Source of the DNA: an uncultured Armatimonadetes bacterium
Lineage (GTDB): Bacteria > Armatimonadota > Hebobacteria > Hebobacterales > Hebobacteraceae
DNA: 64,000 bases
NCBI GenBank assembly: GCA_963716175.1
Contig: OY970296.1
Coordinates: 3,424,001 to 3,488,000 of the forward strand
Direction: 5' to 3'
The first letter of the stretch is position 1, and each line of letters opens with the position of its first letter. Made by a program: the position numbers and the translations under genes. Positions 20,421-29,929 of this stretch are shown one piece after another. The notes below the pieces were generated by a model. That model was not told the origin of the DNA and made no database searches. It saw only the letters and a list, made by a program, of their open reading frames with translations.

Positions 20421-21172
20421 TGGAGGTCATCCCTGCCATTGACCTGCGGGGCGGGAGATGCGTGCGGCTGGTGCAGGGGGACTATAATCGCGAGACCGTA
20501 TTCAGTGATGACCCTGCGGCGATGGCCAGGCATTGGGAGGAGCAAGGCGCGCGCCGGCTCCACATCGTGGATCTGGATGGCGCGCGGCAGGGTGAGCCGC
20601 GGAACCTGGAGGCGGTGGAGCAGATCGCGCGGGCGGTGAGCATCCCGGTGCAGCTTGGCGGCGGGATGCGAGATGAGGCGACCGCGCGCCGGGCGTTGGC
20701 GCTGGGCGTGGAGCGCGTGATCATCGGCACCGCGGCCCTCGACCGCACCGCGGCGCGGCGGATGATCGAGGTGCTGGGCGACGCCGTGGTGGCCGGGATA
20801 GATGCGCGGGAGGGCCGAGTGGCAGTGCGAGGATGGTTGGAGACAAGCGAGGTCACGGCGGTCGCGCTGGCGCGCGAGCTGACGGCCCTGGGAGTGCGCT
20901 GGATCGTGTTCACCGACATCGGCCGGGACGGGGTGCTGGAGGGGCCGAACGTGTCGGCCTTGCGGGAGATGGTGGAGAGCGTGACTGCCCGCGTGATCGC
21001 CTCTGGCGGCATCAGCAGCGTGGAGGATGTGAGAGCGGTGCGAGACGCGGGCGCGGCCGGGGCCATCATCGGCACCGCGCTCTACACCGGCCGCTTGCGC
21101 CTGAAAGAGGCGATGGAGGCGGTGGCTAGGCCCTTCAGGCCGCCATCCCGGCCCGCCGCCGGTGGGACCTAG
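20417..21172 (+). CDS. hisA: ProFAR isomerase (C-terminus extended by inserted hairpin element)
   Basis: [36 protein letters not shown]. Confidence 0.95.
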   Translation: MMEVIPAIDLRGGRCVRLVQGDYNRETVFSDDPAAMARHWEEQGARRLHIVDLDGARQGEPRNLEAVEQIARAVSIPVQLGGGMRDEATARRALALGVERVIIGTAALDRTAARRMIEVLGDAVVAGIDAREGRVAVRGWLETSEVTAVALARELTALGVRWIVFTDIGRDGVLEGPNVSALREMVESVTARVIASGGISSVEDVRAVRDAGAAGAIIGTALYTGRLRLKEAMEAVARPFRPPSRPAAGGT

Positions 21173-21175
21173 GGA
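21123..21175 (+). mobile_element. 53-nt double TA-bulged hairpin insertion (copy B)
   Basis: TGGC-TA-GGCC..GGCC-GCCA + TCCC-GG..CC-TA-GGGA; removing it restores GGAGG-CGGG-ATG and a hisA stop overlapping hisF. Confidence 0.7.
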
Positions 21176-21176
21176 G

Positions 21177-21965
21177 ATGCTAGCCAAGCGGATCATCTGC
21201 TGCCTGGACGTGGACCGAGGACGAGTGGTGAAGTGCATCAAGTTCCTCGACCCGCGGGACGCGGGCGACCCGGTGGAGATGGCGACCCGGTACAATGACG
21301 AGGGCGCGGATGAGGTGACCTTCCTGGACATCTCCGCTTCTCACGAGGGCCGGCAGACCATGATCGAGGTCGCCTCCCGCACCGCCGAACAGGTCTTCAT
21401 CCCCTTCACCGTGGGCGGGGGCATTCGGACGGTAGATGATTTCCGTGCCGTGCTCAGGACGGGCGCGGACAAGGTCGGGGTGAACACAGCCGCGATCAAG
21501 CGGCCCGAGCTGATCACGGAGGCCGCCGAGCGCTTCGGCGCGCAGTGCGTGGTGGTCTCCATTGATGCCAAGAGGCGGAGCGACGCGCCGGCCAGAAGCC
21601 CGCGGTGGGAGTGCTACGTGAACGGAGGCCGCACGCCGACGGGAGTGGACGCACTGGAGTGGGCGATCAGAGTTGAGGAACTGGGCGCGGGCGAGATTCT
21701 GCTGAACAGCATTGACGCCGACGGCACCATGCAGGGCTACGATATCGAGCTGTGCCGCACTATCGCGGATGCGGTGCGCATCCCCGTGATCGCCTCCGGT
21801 GGCGCCGGCACCCCGGAGCACATCTATCAGGCGCTCACCGAAGGGAGATGCGAAGCGGCCCTGATCGCCAGCATCGCTCACTATTCCACCCACCCCATCG
21901 CCGAGATCAAGCACTACCTGGCGGAGCGGGGGGTGCCGGTGAGGCCGATCGCGCAGGCCGCGTGA
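21177..21965 (+). CDS. hisF: Imidazole glycerol phosphate synthase cyclase subunit
   Basis: [39 protein letters not shown]. Confidence 0.95.
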   Translation: MLAKRIICCLDVDRGRVVKCIKFLDPRDAGDPVEMATRYNDEGADEVTFLDISASHEGRQTMIEVASRTAEQVFIPFTVGGGIRTVDDFRAVLRTGADKVGVNTAAIKRPELITEAAERFGAQCVVVSIDAKRRSDAPARSPRWECYVNGGRTPTGVDALEWAIRVEELGAGEILLNSIDADGTMQGYDIELCRTIADAVRIPVIASGGAGTPEHIYQALTEGRCEAALIASIAHYSTHPIAEIKHYLAERGVPVRPIAQAA

Positions 21966-21972
21966 TCGCAGA

Positions 21973-22056
21973 TGTAGGGGCGCGATTCCCGCCACGCGGC
22001 CGGCGGGCAAGCTCTGCGCCCCGCAGGACGTGGGCGGGATGAATCCCGCCCCTACG
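21973..22056. repeat. Inverted REP pair
   Basis: TGTAGGGGCG... and GGGCGGGATGAATCCCGCCCCTAC. Confidence 0.65.
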
Positions 22057-22100
22057 AGAGAACCGCGTCTTGCGAGGGGCCTTCGGCATGGCAACAGGGC

Positions 22101-24044
22101 ATGAAGTCTGACCGGGGCATCAGCGCGCGCAGTGTGCTCCTCGGCTTCGTCCTCGCAGCCGGCCTCGCTGCTCTTACTCCCTATAACGACTACGTAGTCG
22201 GCAACACCTACATCGCCGGCAACCATTTCCCGGTGGGCGCGGTGGCGGTGCTGCTGCTGCTGTCCCTGCTCAATCTGCTGGCTCACCGGGTTCGGCGAAA
22301 GACGCTGTTTTCCACCCGCGAGCTGGCGGTGATCTACATCATCATCATGGTCACCTCTGGTATCCCCTCCTCCGGCCTGCTGCGCTACCTGGTGCCGGTG
22401 GTGACCGCGCCCTTCTACTTCGCCACCCCCGGCAACCAGTGGGCCAAGCTGTTCTGGGATTACATCCCGCCCTGGCTGGGTGTCAGCAATAGAGAGGCGG
22501 CGAACTGGTTCTGGGAGGGGCTGCCGGCCGGCTCGTCCATCCCCTGGGGCGAGTGGTGGTTCACGCTCTCCCGCTGGTTCGTGTTCGTGGGCGCGGTGTG
22601 GCTGATGATGTTCGCGCTGGCCGCGCTGGTCCGCAAGCAGTGGGCGGATAGAGAGCGGTTGACCTTCCCCCTGGTCCAGTTCCCGCTGGAGGTGCTGCGG
22701 GGCGATGAGCGAGGGCCCTCGGCAGCGTTTTTCAGCAACCGGCTGGTGTGGATCGGGGCGGGCACGGTGTTCCTGATCCACATCATCAACGGGCTGCACC
22801 GGCACTTCCCCGCGATTCCGGAGATTCCCACGTTCTGGACCCTGGACCAGTATCTGCCGGACCGGCCGTGGGATGCCGCGGTGCCCGTCTACATCGGGCT
22901 CTTCTTCTCCGCGGTCGGGTTCGGGTATCTGCTCTCACTGGAGGTGGCGGCCGGGTTCTGGTTCTCCGTCATCTTCATCAAGATCCAGGGCGTTCTCCTG
23001 AGCCTACTGGGCTATGAAGGGTCGAGCGCGTGGGGTGGGGTGATCTCCGAGATCGGGCAGCGGGAGCAGATGGGCGGGCTGCTGGTGCTCGCCGCGATGC
23101 TGCTGTGGTTTCTCCGCGGGACGCTGGCCGACGCGTTCAAGAGGGCCTTCACCCGCTCGCCCCAGGTAGATGACGCCGGCGAGCCACTGAGCTACCGGTT
23201 CGCAGTGTTCGGCCTGCTGGGGAGCCTGGGCCTGGGCTATTGCTGGCTGGTGGCCGCGGGCATGACTCCGCCGTTCGCGGTTCTCTTCCTGGTGGCCTTC
23301 GTCTCCATCTGCCTGGTGTTGACCCGGATCATCGCGGAGGCCGGGATGCTGATGATCCACCTCAGCTACTGGCCCGTGGATTACCTGCTGATGTTCGGCG
23401 GGACCAATGCGTTGGGGCCGGGCAATCTCACGGCGCTCACATTCGTGGACTGCGCCCTCACTTTCGACCTGCGCGAGTTCCTGATGCCCTCTTTGCTGAA
23501 TGGCTTTCGCATGTCGGAGCAGTCCGGGGTGAGCACTCGCAAGCTCAGCCGGCTGCTGGCGGTGGCCCTCGTGTTCGTGCTGCTGGTGAGTCTGCCGGCA
23601 TTCCTCATCACGTTCTACCGGCCGGGGGCAATCCAGGTGGCGAATGTGGATCAGATCATGTACCACCCCCGGTACTTCTTCGATATGCTTGCCAGCCGGC
23701 TGCAGAACCCGGCCGAACACCCGACAGGCGTGGCCTACCTGTCCCTGGCGGTCGGCGGGGCGATGGTGGCGGCGCTGGCCTGGCTGCGGCTGAACTTCGT
23801 GTGGTGGCCGATCCACCCTCTGGGGTTCGTGATGGCAACCTCGTGGGCGAGCCTGAACCTCTGGTTCTCGCTCTTCCTGGGATGGTTTTTCAAGCTGCTC
23901 ACCATCCGCTATACTGGGCTGCGGGGCTACGTGCAGTTTCGGCCCTTGTTCCTGGGCATCATCATGGGAGATGTGCTGGGCGCGGTGCTCTGGATCATCG
24001 TGGGTTTCTTCACCGGGGTGGGGATCATGGTGACGGTGAACTGA
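22101..24044 (+). CDS. DUF6785/DUF6784-like multi-TM protein (putative transporter)
   Basis: QWADRERLTFPLVQFP, RIIAEAG, WWPIHPLGF, RPLFLG motifs; many TM segments. Confidence 0.75.
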   Translation: MKSDRGISARSVLLGFVLAAGLAALTPYNDYVVGNTYIAGNHFPVGAVAVLLLLSLLNLLAHRVRRKTLFSTRELAVIYIIIMVTSGIPSSGLLRYLVPVVTAPFYFATPGNQWAKLFWDYIPPWLGVSNREAANWFWEGLPAGSSIPWGEWWFTLSRWFVFVGAVWLMMFALAALVRKQWADRERLTFPLVQFPLEVLRGDERGPSAAFFSNRLVWIGAGTVFLIHIINGLHRHFPAIPEIPTFWTLDQYLPDRPWDAAVPVYIGLFFSAVGFGYLLSLEVAAGFWFSVIFIKIQGVLLSLLGYEGSSAWGGVISEIGQREQMGGLLVLAAMLLWFLRGTLADAFKRAFTRSPQVDDAGEPLSYRFAVFGLLGSLGLGYCWLVAAGMTPPFAVLFLVAFVSICLVLTRIIAEAGMLMIHLSYWPVDYLLMFGGTNALGPGNLTALTFVDCALTFDLREFLMPSLLNGFRMSEQSGVSTRKLSRLLAVALVFVLLVSLPAFLITFYRPGAIQVANVDQIMYHPRYFFDMLASRLQNPAEHPTGVAYLSLAVGGAMVAALAWLRLNFVWWPIHPLGFVMATSWASLNLWFSLFLGWFFKLLTIRYTGLRGYVQFRPLFLGIIMGDVLGAVLWIIVGFFTGVGIMVTVN

Positions 24045-24085
24045 CCAGTTCACCGCAGAGACGCGGAGAGCGCGGAGAGGAATCT

Positions 24086-24466
24086 ATGGATCTCGAGACG
24101 CTGAAATGGGATGAGAAAGGGCTGGTCTCGGTGGTGTTCCAGGACCACCAGACGGGCGAGGTGCTGACGCTGGGGTACATGAACCGGGAGGCGCTCGCGC
24201 GCACCCTGGAGACGAAACGGGTGCACGTCTACCGGCGCTCGCACGGCCGGGTGATGGAGAAGGGTGAGAGGTCAGGCAACTACCAGCTCGTGAAACAAGT
24301 CTGGGTGGACTGCGACGCCGACGCCCTGGTGATGAAGATCGAGCAGATGGGAGGCGCGGCCTGCCACACCGGCCATCGGTCGTGCTTCTACCGAAACCTG
24401 GAGGGCGGGGAGCTGGTCACGGTCGGCGAGCGCGTGTTCGACCCGAAGGAGGTCTATGGGCAGTGA
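24086..24466 (+). CDS. hisI: Phosphoribosyl-AMP cyclohydrolase
   Basis: KGERSGN, DCDADAL, ACHTGHRSCF. Confidence 0.93.
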   Translation: MDLETLKWDEKGLVSVVFQDHQTGEVLTLGYMNREALARTLETKRVHVYRRSHGRVMEKGERSGNYQLVKQVWVDCDADALVMKIEQMGGAACHTGHRSCFYRNLEGGELVTVGERVFDPKEVYGQ

Positions 24467-25143
24467 GGCGGCGGCCCTGCATCGCCATTGATGGCCCGGT
24501 GGGCGCAGGCAAGAGCACCATCGCCCGGCTGGTGGCCGGCGCTCTCGGCTACCGGTATGTTGACTCCGGGGCGATGTATCGGGCGCTGGCCTGGGCGGCG
24601 CAGCAGCAGGGCATCGCCGCCGGCGACACGCCGCGGGTGCTGGCCCTGCTGCATCACCTCCACCTGCGCCTCGCGCCACAGGCCGAAGGCAGGGACCGGG
24701 TGTTCGTGGATGACCGGGAGATCACTGAAGAGATCCGCACGCAGCAGGTAGGAGAGCTGGCTTCCCGGTTGTCGGAGATCCCGGAGGTGCGGCGGCAGAT
24801 GGTCGCGCTCCAGCAGGAGATGGCGCGGGAGGGGGGGGTGGTGATGGAGGGCCGCGACATCCAGACCGTGGTGCTGCCGGAGGCGGAAGTCAAGATCTTC
24901 CTCACCGCGCCCGCCGAGGAGCGGGCCCAGCGGCGGATGTTGGAGCTGCGGGAGCGAGGCGATGCTGCGGATTTCGCGAGCGTGCTGGCCGAGATCGAAG
25001 CGCGGGACGAAAGGGACACCAGCCGAGCGCACTCGCCGCTGCGGGCGGCCGCCGACGCAGTGTATGTGGACACCGGAGGCCTGACCATCGAGCAGGTGGT
25101 GGAGCGGGTGCTGAAGGTGGTGCGCGCCCGGGAGAAGACCTGA
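24463..25143 (+). CDS. cmk: Cytidylate kinase
   Basis: IAIDGPVGAGKST, DSGAMYR, MEGRDI, RDERD. Confidence 0.93.
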   Translation: MRRRPCIAIDGPVGAGKSTIARLVAGALGYRYVDSGAMYRALAWAAQQQGIAAGDTPRVLALLHHLHLRLAPQAEGRDRVFVDDREITEEIRTQQVGELASRLSEIPEVRRQMVALQQEMAREGGVVMEGRDIQTVVLPEAEVKIFLTAPAEERAQRRMLELRERGDAADFASVLAEIEARDERDTSRAHSPLRAAADAVYVDTGGLTIEQVVERVLKVVRAREKT

Positions 25144-25171
25144 GAGAGAAGAGGTCACGAGGAGACGAGTC

Positions 25172-26170
25172 ATGCATACCATCCCCCGCGAGGAGGAGAG
25201 GATCAACGATCGCCGGACTCCGATCATGCTGATCGTGGACGATCCGGCGCCGATCGTGCATGTCTATCGTTGTCACCATCCTCCCTATGTGACAGACGAT
25301 GGGCGGCCTCTGCTGAAGGAGATCCCGGCGGAGTTCGCGGCGCGCTTCGCCGCCGTGGTGGAGCGCTGGGGGATGCGGGGGAAGTTCTCCATCGTGCCCG
25401 GGATGGGAGGGCGCGGCAACCTGGCGAACGGCATTGACGGGGGCCGGCGGGAGGAAATCCGGGAATGGCTGGACCTGGTGCGGGCACGCCTGGCGCCGCA
25501 CATGGATCTGTGCCCGGAGATGATCACGCACCACCTGGCCGTGGACCTGGCGACCGGGCAGTTTCTACCAATGAATGAGGCCACCTGGTCGGAGACGCAG
25601 ACGGAGGAGACGCTGACCCCCTATGTCACGCGGGCCCTGGAGATGCTGCGAGGGGCCGGCATTGACGCCACCGGGGTCACTTCTCCGTGGGATTTCGGGA
25701 TCAAGGTCGAGCCCGCTTACCAGAGAGCCCTCGTAGCTGCGCAGCGCGCGGTCTACGGCCGGGAGGTGAGCTGGTACTTCCTGCACATGCGGCACGAGCA
25801 GCCGGAGTCCCGGCCCTGGTTAGCGGTGGATGAGCCGCCGACGAAGCTCGTCAGCATTCCCTCCACCACCGACGACTGGTGCTGGCAGACCATCCACTCG
25901 CCCCAGAGGGACCGCGCCTACATCTCCGCGGTGGCGGATCGGTTTCTCAGCGAGGACGGCACGAAGGGGGACATCGCCGGGGTGCTGGCGGCCGGAGGAT
26001 GGCCTATCCTGGTGACCCATTGGCAGTCGGTATTCTCGAACGGGCTCGAGACAGGGCTGGCCGCGCTGGACGAGGTGGGGAGGCGGGTGGAGCAGCGGCT
26101 GCGAGACCGCGTGGTGTGGTGCAGCGCCTCCGAGGTGATGGAGCGCACCATCCGCGCGGCCAATCCGTAG
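25172..26170 (+). CDS. Hypothetical protein, possibly polysaccharide-deacetylase-like fold
   Basis: LIVDD, GKFSIVP, EMITH, GVTSP, THW; coding-like composition. Confidence 0.6.
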   Translation: MHTIPREEERINDRRTPIMLIVDDPAPIVHVYRCHHPPYVTDDGRPLLKEIPAEFAARFAAVVERWGMRGKFSIVPGMGGRGNLANGIDGGRREEIREWLDLVRARLAPHMDLCPEMITHHLAVDLATGQFLPMNEATWSETQTEETLTPYVTRALEMLRGAGIDATGVTSPWDFGIKVEPAYQRALVAAQRAVYGREVSWYFLHMRHEQPESRPWLAVDEPPTKLVSIPSTTDDWCWQTIHSPQRDRAYISAVADRFLSEDGTKGDIAGVLAAGGWPILVTHWQSVFSNGLETGLAALDEVGRRVEQRLRDRVVWCSASEVMERTIRAANP

Positions 26171-26271
26171 CTACTGAGCTTCGCCCAAAGAAGTAACGGG
26201 GCAAAGCTCAGGCAACTGCTCAGACGGGCCCAGAGCGGCGTTCGCACATTACTTGTTTGTCCGAACACCAC
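26171..26271 (-). repeat. ~100-bp two-hairpin dispersed repeat, copy 1
   Basis: Reverse-complement match to 49741-49840 and 53370-53469. Confidence 0.85.
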
Positions 26272-26289
26272 TAGATGCGGGAGAAGACG

Positions 26290-27060
26290 ATGAGTGAAGC
26301 GGGGGATTATCTGCGACGGGTGCGCTCCACGAAGCCGCTGGTTCACCATATCACGAATGTGGTGACGGTGAGCGACTGCGCCAATGCTACTCTCTACCTG
26401 GGCGGGCTGCCGGTGATGGCGAACAGCCCGCTGGAGGCGGAGGAGATGGTGAGTCTGGCGCAGGCCCTGGTGCTCAACATCGGGACTCTCCATACGGAGC
26501 AGGTGGAGGCGATGGTGCTGGCGGGAAAGCGGGCGAACCAGCGGGGCATCCCGATCGTGCTGGACGCGGTGGGGGCCGGGGCCACCAGCTATCGTACGCA
26601 GACCGCGCTGCGCCTGGTCGAGGAGCTGAGGATCGCGGTGGTGAAGGGCAACGCCGGGGAGATCGCCACCCTGGCGGGGGAGCAAGCGGAGGTGCGCGGG
26701 GTGGAGAGCGGCCAGGTGGAGGAGATCGCCCGGCCCGCGCGAGCGCTCTCGGAGGCGACCGGGGCAGTGGTGGCGGTGACCGGCGAGCGCGACCTGGTGG
26801 TGCAGGGCCAGCGCATGGCGTGGGTGGAGGGCGGCTCGCCCCGCATGAAGACATTCGTCGGCAGCGGGTGCGTGGCCGCCTCCGTGATCGGCTGCTTCGT
26901 GGGTGCCAGCCCTGAGCGGCCCTACGAGGCCACGCGGGCGGCGCTCACGTGCTACCGCAAGGCGGCGGAGCGGGCGGCGGCGCAGGACCCGCCGGGTCCG
27001 GTGGCCTACCGGGACCTGGTGTACGCCGAGCTGGGCCGCATCGCGCCGGAGGACCTGTAG
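26290..27060 (+). CDS. thiM: Hydroxyethylthiazole kinase
   Basis: PLVHHITNVV, LNIGT, KGNAGEI, VGSGC. Confidence 0.92.
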   Translation: MSEAGDYLRRVRSTKPLVHHITNVVTVSDCANATLYLGGLPVMANSPLEAEEMVSLAQALVLNIGTLHTEQVEAMVLAGKRANQRGIPIVLDAVGAGATSYRTQTALRLVEELRIAVVKGNAGEIATLAGEQAEVRGVESGQVEEIARPARALSEATGAVVAVTGERDLVVQGQRMAWVEGGSPRMKTFVGSGCVAASVIGCFVGASPERPYEATRAALTCYRKAAERAAAQDPPGPVAYRDLVYAELGRIAPEDL

Positions 27061-27084
27061 GAGAGGGGGGCCCGCCCTACAGGC

Positions 27085-27852
27085 TCAGGAGCAGAGGTTG
27101 GCCTTGATGTAGTCGAAGCTGATGCGCAGGGAGTCGAAGGGATCTCCCGGGCAGGTGTCTTGCTCCACGACATACCACTTGCAGCCAGAGGCCTGGGCTC
27201 CGGCCACGATCGGCTTCCAGTTCAGGTTGCCCCGGCCGATCTCAGCGAAGGTAGGCCTGCTCTCCGTGGTCATCATGTAATCCTTGAGATGGAGCAGGGG
27301 CAGCCGGCCCTTGAGGCGTCGGCACCAATCCTCCGGGTCGCCGCCGCCGTGCTGTACCCAGTAGGTGTCGACCTCGCCCTGGAGGTAGCGAGGATCCGTC
27401 TCGCCGTAGATGACCTCGAGCATGAGATGGCCGTCAAAGCGGCGGAACTCGATGCTGTGGTTATGATAGGCGAAGACGATGCCGGCCTCGTGGAGGGCTT
27501 TCCCCGCGGTGTTCAGGCTGGCGGCAAGGGACCGAACGTCGGCGATGCTGTCCAGCTTCACCCCACCCGGGTAGGGATAGGAGACAGTGGGACAGCCCAG
27601 CTTGTGGAGGCGGGCGGCCACGGCCGCTGGGTCGGAGAAGAGCCTCGCCCCACCTTCATGGGCGCCGCAGGGAGTGAGGCCTGCGTCATCCAGCATCTTC
27701 TTCAGCTCGTCGTCGGCGACGGGCAGCCCGACGAGCTGCACCACGCGATAGCCGATCTTTGCGATCTTCTTCAGCGAGGCCGCGATGTCAGACGGCGTCT
27801 TCAGATGCTCGCGGACCGTGTAGATCTGTGCGGCAACCTGACCGATCTCCAT
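27085..27852 (-). CDS. Sugar phosphate isomerase/epimerase (TIM barrel)
   Basis: QIYTVRE, YHNHSIEF, DTYW, LHLKD, VVEQD. Confidence 0.88.
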   Translation of the reverse strand: MEIGQVAAQIYTVREHLKTPSDIAASLKKIAKIGYRVVQLVGLPVADDELKKMLDDAGLTPCGAHEGGARLFSDPAAVAARLHKLGCPTVSYPYPGGVKLDSIADVRSLAASLNTAGKALHEAGIVFAYHNHSIEFRRFDGHLMLEVIYGETDPRYLQGEVDTYWVQHGGGDPEDWCRRLKGRLPLLHLKDYMMTTESRPTFAEIGRGNLNWKPIVAGAQASGCKWYVVEQDTCPGDPFDSLRISFDYIKANLCS

Positions 27853-27997
27853 TCTCTGCTCTCCTTCAGTTCCTGGGTGGCCCCGCGCTACCGGGGCAGA
27901 TCGGCTTCCACTGTTCCGAGATGCCGGGTCAGATTCCTTCTGTAAGAAGCCCCAGTGGCAACCGCGTGCAGAGAGCAGAGGCCTGCTGGCGTCAGTT

Positions 27998-28936
27998 TCA
28001 CCGCCCCTGAACGTTGACGCGGATGCGGGCTGCGATCCCGCCGCTCTTCTCCTGGTCTCCCGCTTTCGCGGAGATCTGGGTGGAGAAGGCGAGATCGTAG
28101 TCGCCGCGCAGCAGGCGGCCGCTGGTGGTGTTGAAGTACTCGGTGGAGGTGATGGTCTGGCGGAGCTCGGATATGCCGATGCTGACATCCTGGGCGGGTA
28201 TGATCGGCGCGCCGGAGCCCTGATAGCGAGCTTCAGCGAATCCGACGATCTTGGCCAGGCCGAAGCCGCCCTTGTCCTCGTACGATTCCAGGGTGCGAGA
28301 CATGCTGAGACTGAGGGGAAGCGCCGGGCCCATGGGGGAGAGCTGCACACTGCTGCGCCACGTCTCTCCCACGCTCACGGGCCGGCCGGGGAAGGTGGGC
28401 TCTCCCGTGGCGGATATGCGGCTGAGGTCGAAGCCGGGCAGCGACTTGGCCACCTCGGCCATCACCCGCGGGTCGGCAAAGGCGATATCGCTGACTCGGC
28501 CGTCAGGGAACATGGTGTAAGCCAGCGGCGTCCCGAACAGGGGCAGCTTCGCCAGATCGGCCTGCGGGGGAGAGAACTCCTTGCCGTTGGCAAACCAGCG
28601 AAAGGTGCCATTGGCATAGGAGAAGCGGACCTGATCCTGGCCAAACCGGATGCTCACCTCTCCACTGGGGATGCGGGACTCTATCCGGCCGCTGCCGTCG
28701 GGGAGGATCTTGGTGACAGTCTGCACCAGAGAGCAGGTTCCCTGGATGTCCACAGGGGTGGCTTTGGCATCAGCGGCCGTCAGGCCCCCGGAGCCGGAAA
28801 TGGTAATGTCGTACTGCAGCACATCGCCGGGGGCGAACTTGAATGTAAGCGGAACGGCCTGCTGGGCGAAGCTCGTGGTGCCGAATCCCAGAAAGACGCA
28901 AGCTGCAATGGCATAGATCGCGGCAAGGCCACGCAT
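27998..28936 (-). CDS. Secreted hypothetical protein
   Basis: AGGAG RBS, signal peptide ending SFA, beta-rich body. Confidence 0.65.
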   Translation of the reverse strand: MRGLAAIYAIAACVFLGFGTTSFAQQAVPLTFKFAPGDVLQYDITISGSGGLTAADAKATPVDIQGTCSLVQTVTKILPDGSGRIESRIPSGEVSIRFGQDQVRFSYANGTFRWFANGKEFSPPQADLAKLPLFGTPLAYTMFPDGRVSDIAFADPRVMAEVAKSLPGFDLSRISATGEPTFPGRPVSVGETWRSSVQLSPMGPALPLSLSMSRTLESYEDKGGFGLAKIVGFAEARYQGSGAPIIPAQDVSIGISELRQTITSTEYFNTTSGRLLRGDYDLAFSTQISAKAGDQEKSGGIAARIRVNVQGR

Positions 28937-29178
28937 GGTGACAGTTCTCCTGAATGGGCTGGGTTTTGCTGGGACTATACCACATTGGCCTGCGGCCATT
29001 CCTGTGCCGTGAGAGATGACAAAAGGTGGGCCGCGTCGGGCGGTCAGTACAGAAGGCCAAGCGTAAGCCAAAGCTGCCCGTGGCGGAGTCCCTGCTCCTG
29101 TGATATAATGCGGCGAGTGCAACCAGACGGGGCCCGCGCGGCAAGCGTGGGAGATGCGGTGGGGAAGGGGAGGGACGC

Positions 29179-29559
29179 ATGGCGCACAAAGTGCTGGTAG
29201 TTGACGATCATCCGCCGACAGTGCAGTTGATCAGGACCGCGCTGGAGGGCCTGGGGATGGAGGTGAGGGCCGCCAGCAACGGCGCGGAGAGCTTGATCGC
29301 AGTCAACGACGAGCGGCCCGACCTCATCATTCTGGATGTGATGATGCCGGTGATGGACGGTTTCCAGACCCTCCAGGTGCTGCAGCAGAGCAAGGAGACC
29401 GAGGATGTGCCGGTGATCATGCTCACCGCGCGATCCTCCGACCGGGATGTCGCTTACGGGTGGCGGTCGGGCGTCACCTCCTATCTCACGAAGCCGTTCT
29501 CGATTGACCAGCTGGTGACTCTGGTGCAGAGGGTGCTGGAGGGCATCGCGCTAACCTGA
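29179..29559 (+). CDS. Single-domain response regulator (receiver)
   Basis: VLVVDD, LDVMMP, MLTA, TKPF. Confidence 0.92.
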   Translation: MAHKVLVVDDHPPTVQLIRTALEGLGMEVRAASNGAESLIAVNDERPDLIILDVMMPVMDGFQTLQVLQQSKETEDVPVIMLTARSSDRDVAYGWRSGVTSYLTKPFSIDQLVTLVQRVLEGIALT

Positions 29560-29641
29560 CCGCAGCAGAGAGTTCGGAGGGAGCGGCGGTCGGCCGCTGG
29601 GTCTGGCGGCGAGGGTGCTTTGGCGGGGAGGCGTGGTCGGC

Positions 29642-29929
29642 ATGGAGATGATGAAGTGCCCTCATTGCGGGGCTCAGAACTCCACGCGGCGCGAGTACTG
29701 CTTCCAGTGTGAGGGGGCGCTGCGCGGGGAGGCGAAGAAACAAAGCCGGGATTCCGTCGCCACCTGCGCGGAATGCGCCGGCGCCGCCATCTACCCGCCG
29801 CCGGGCCGGCGGATCACACCGGACCAGGTATGGTGCACGAAGAAGGAAGAGGCGGTCCCTTCCGCCAAGGTCGCTGACGATTGCTTTTCCCAGGCATTCG
29901 GCTGGCATCGCGCGGAGATTCTGGATTAG
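29642..29929 (+). CDS. Small zinc-ribbon protein
   Basis: CPHC, CFQC, CAEC plus two further Cys. Confidence 0.6.
   Translation: MEMMKCPHCGAQNSTRREYCFQCEGALRGEAKKQSRDSVATCAECAGAAIYPPPGRRITPDQVWCTKKEEAVPSAKVADDCFSQAFGWHRAEILD

Noticed and set aside
26171-26289. TPP riboswitch upstream of thiM
   Set aside because: No CTGAGA / ACCTG..CAG..TAATGC core; the region is the dispersed 100-bp repeat.
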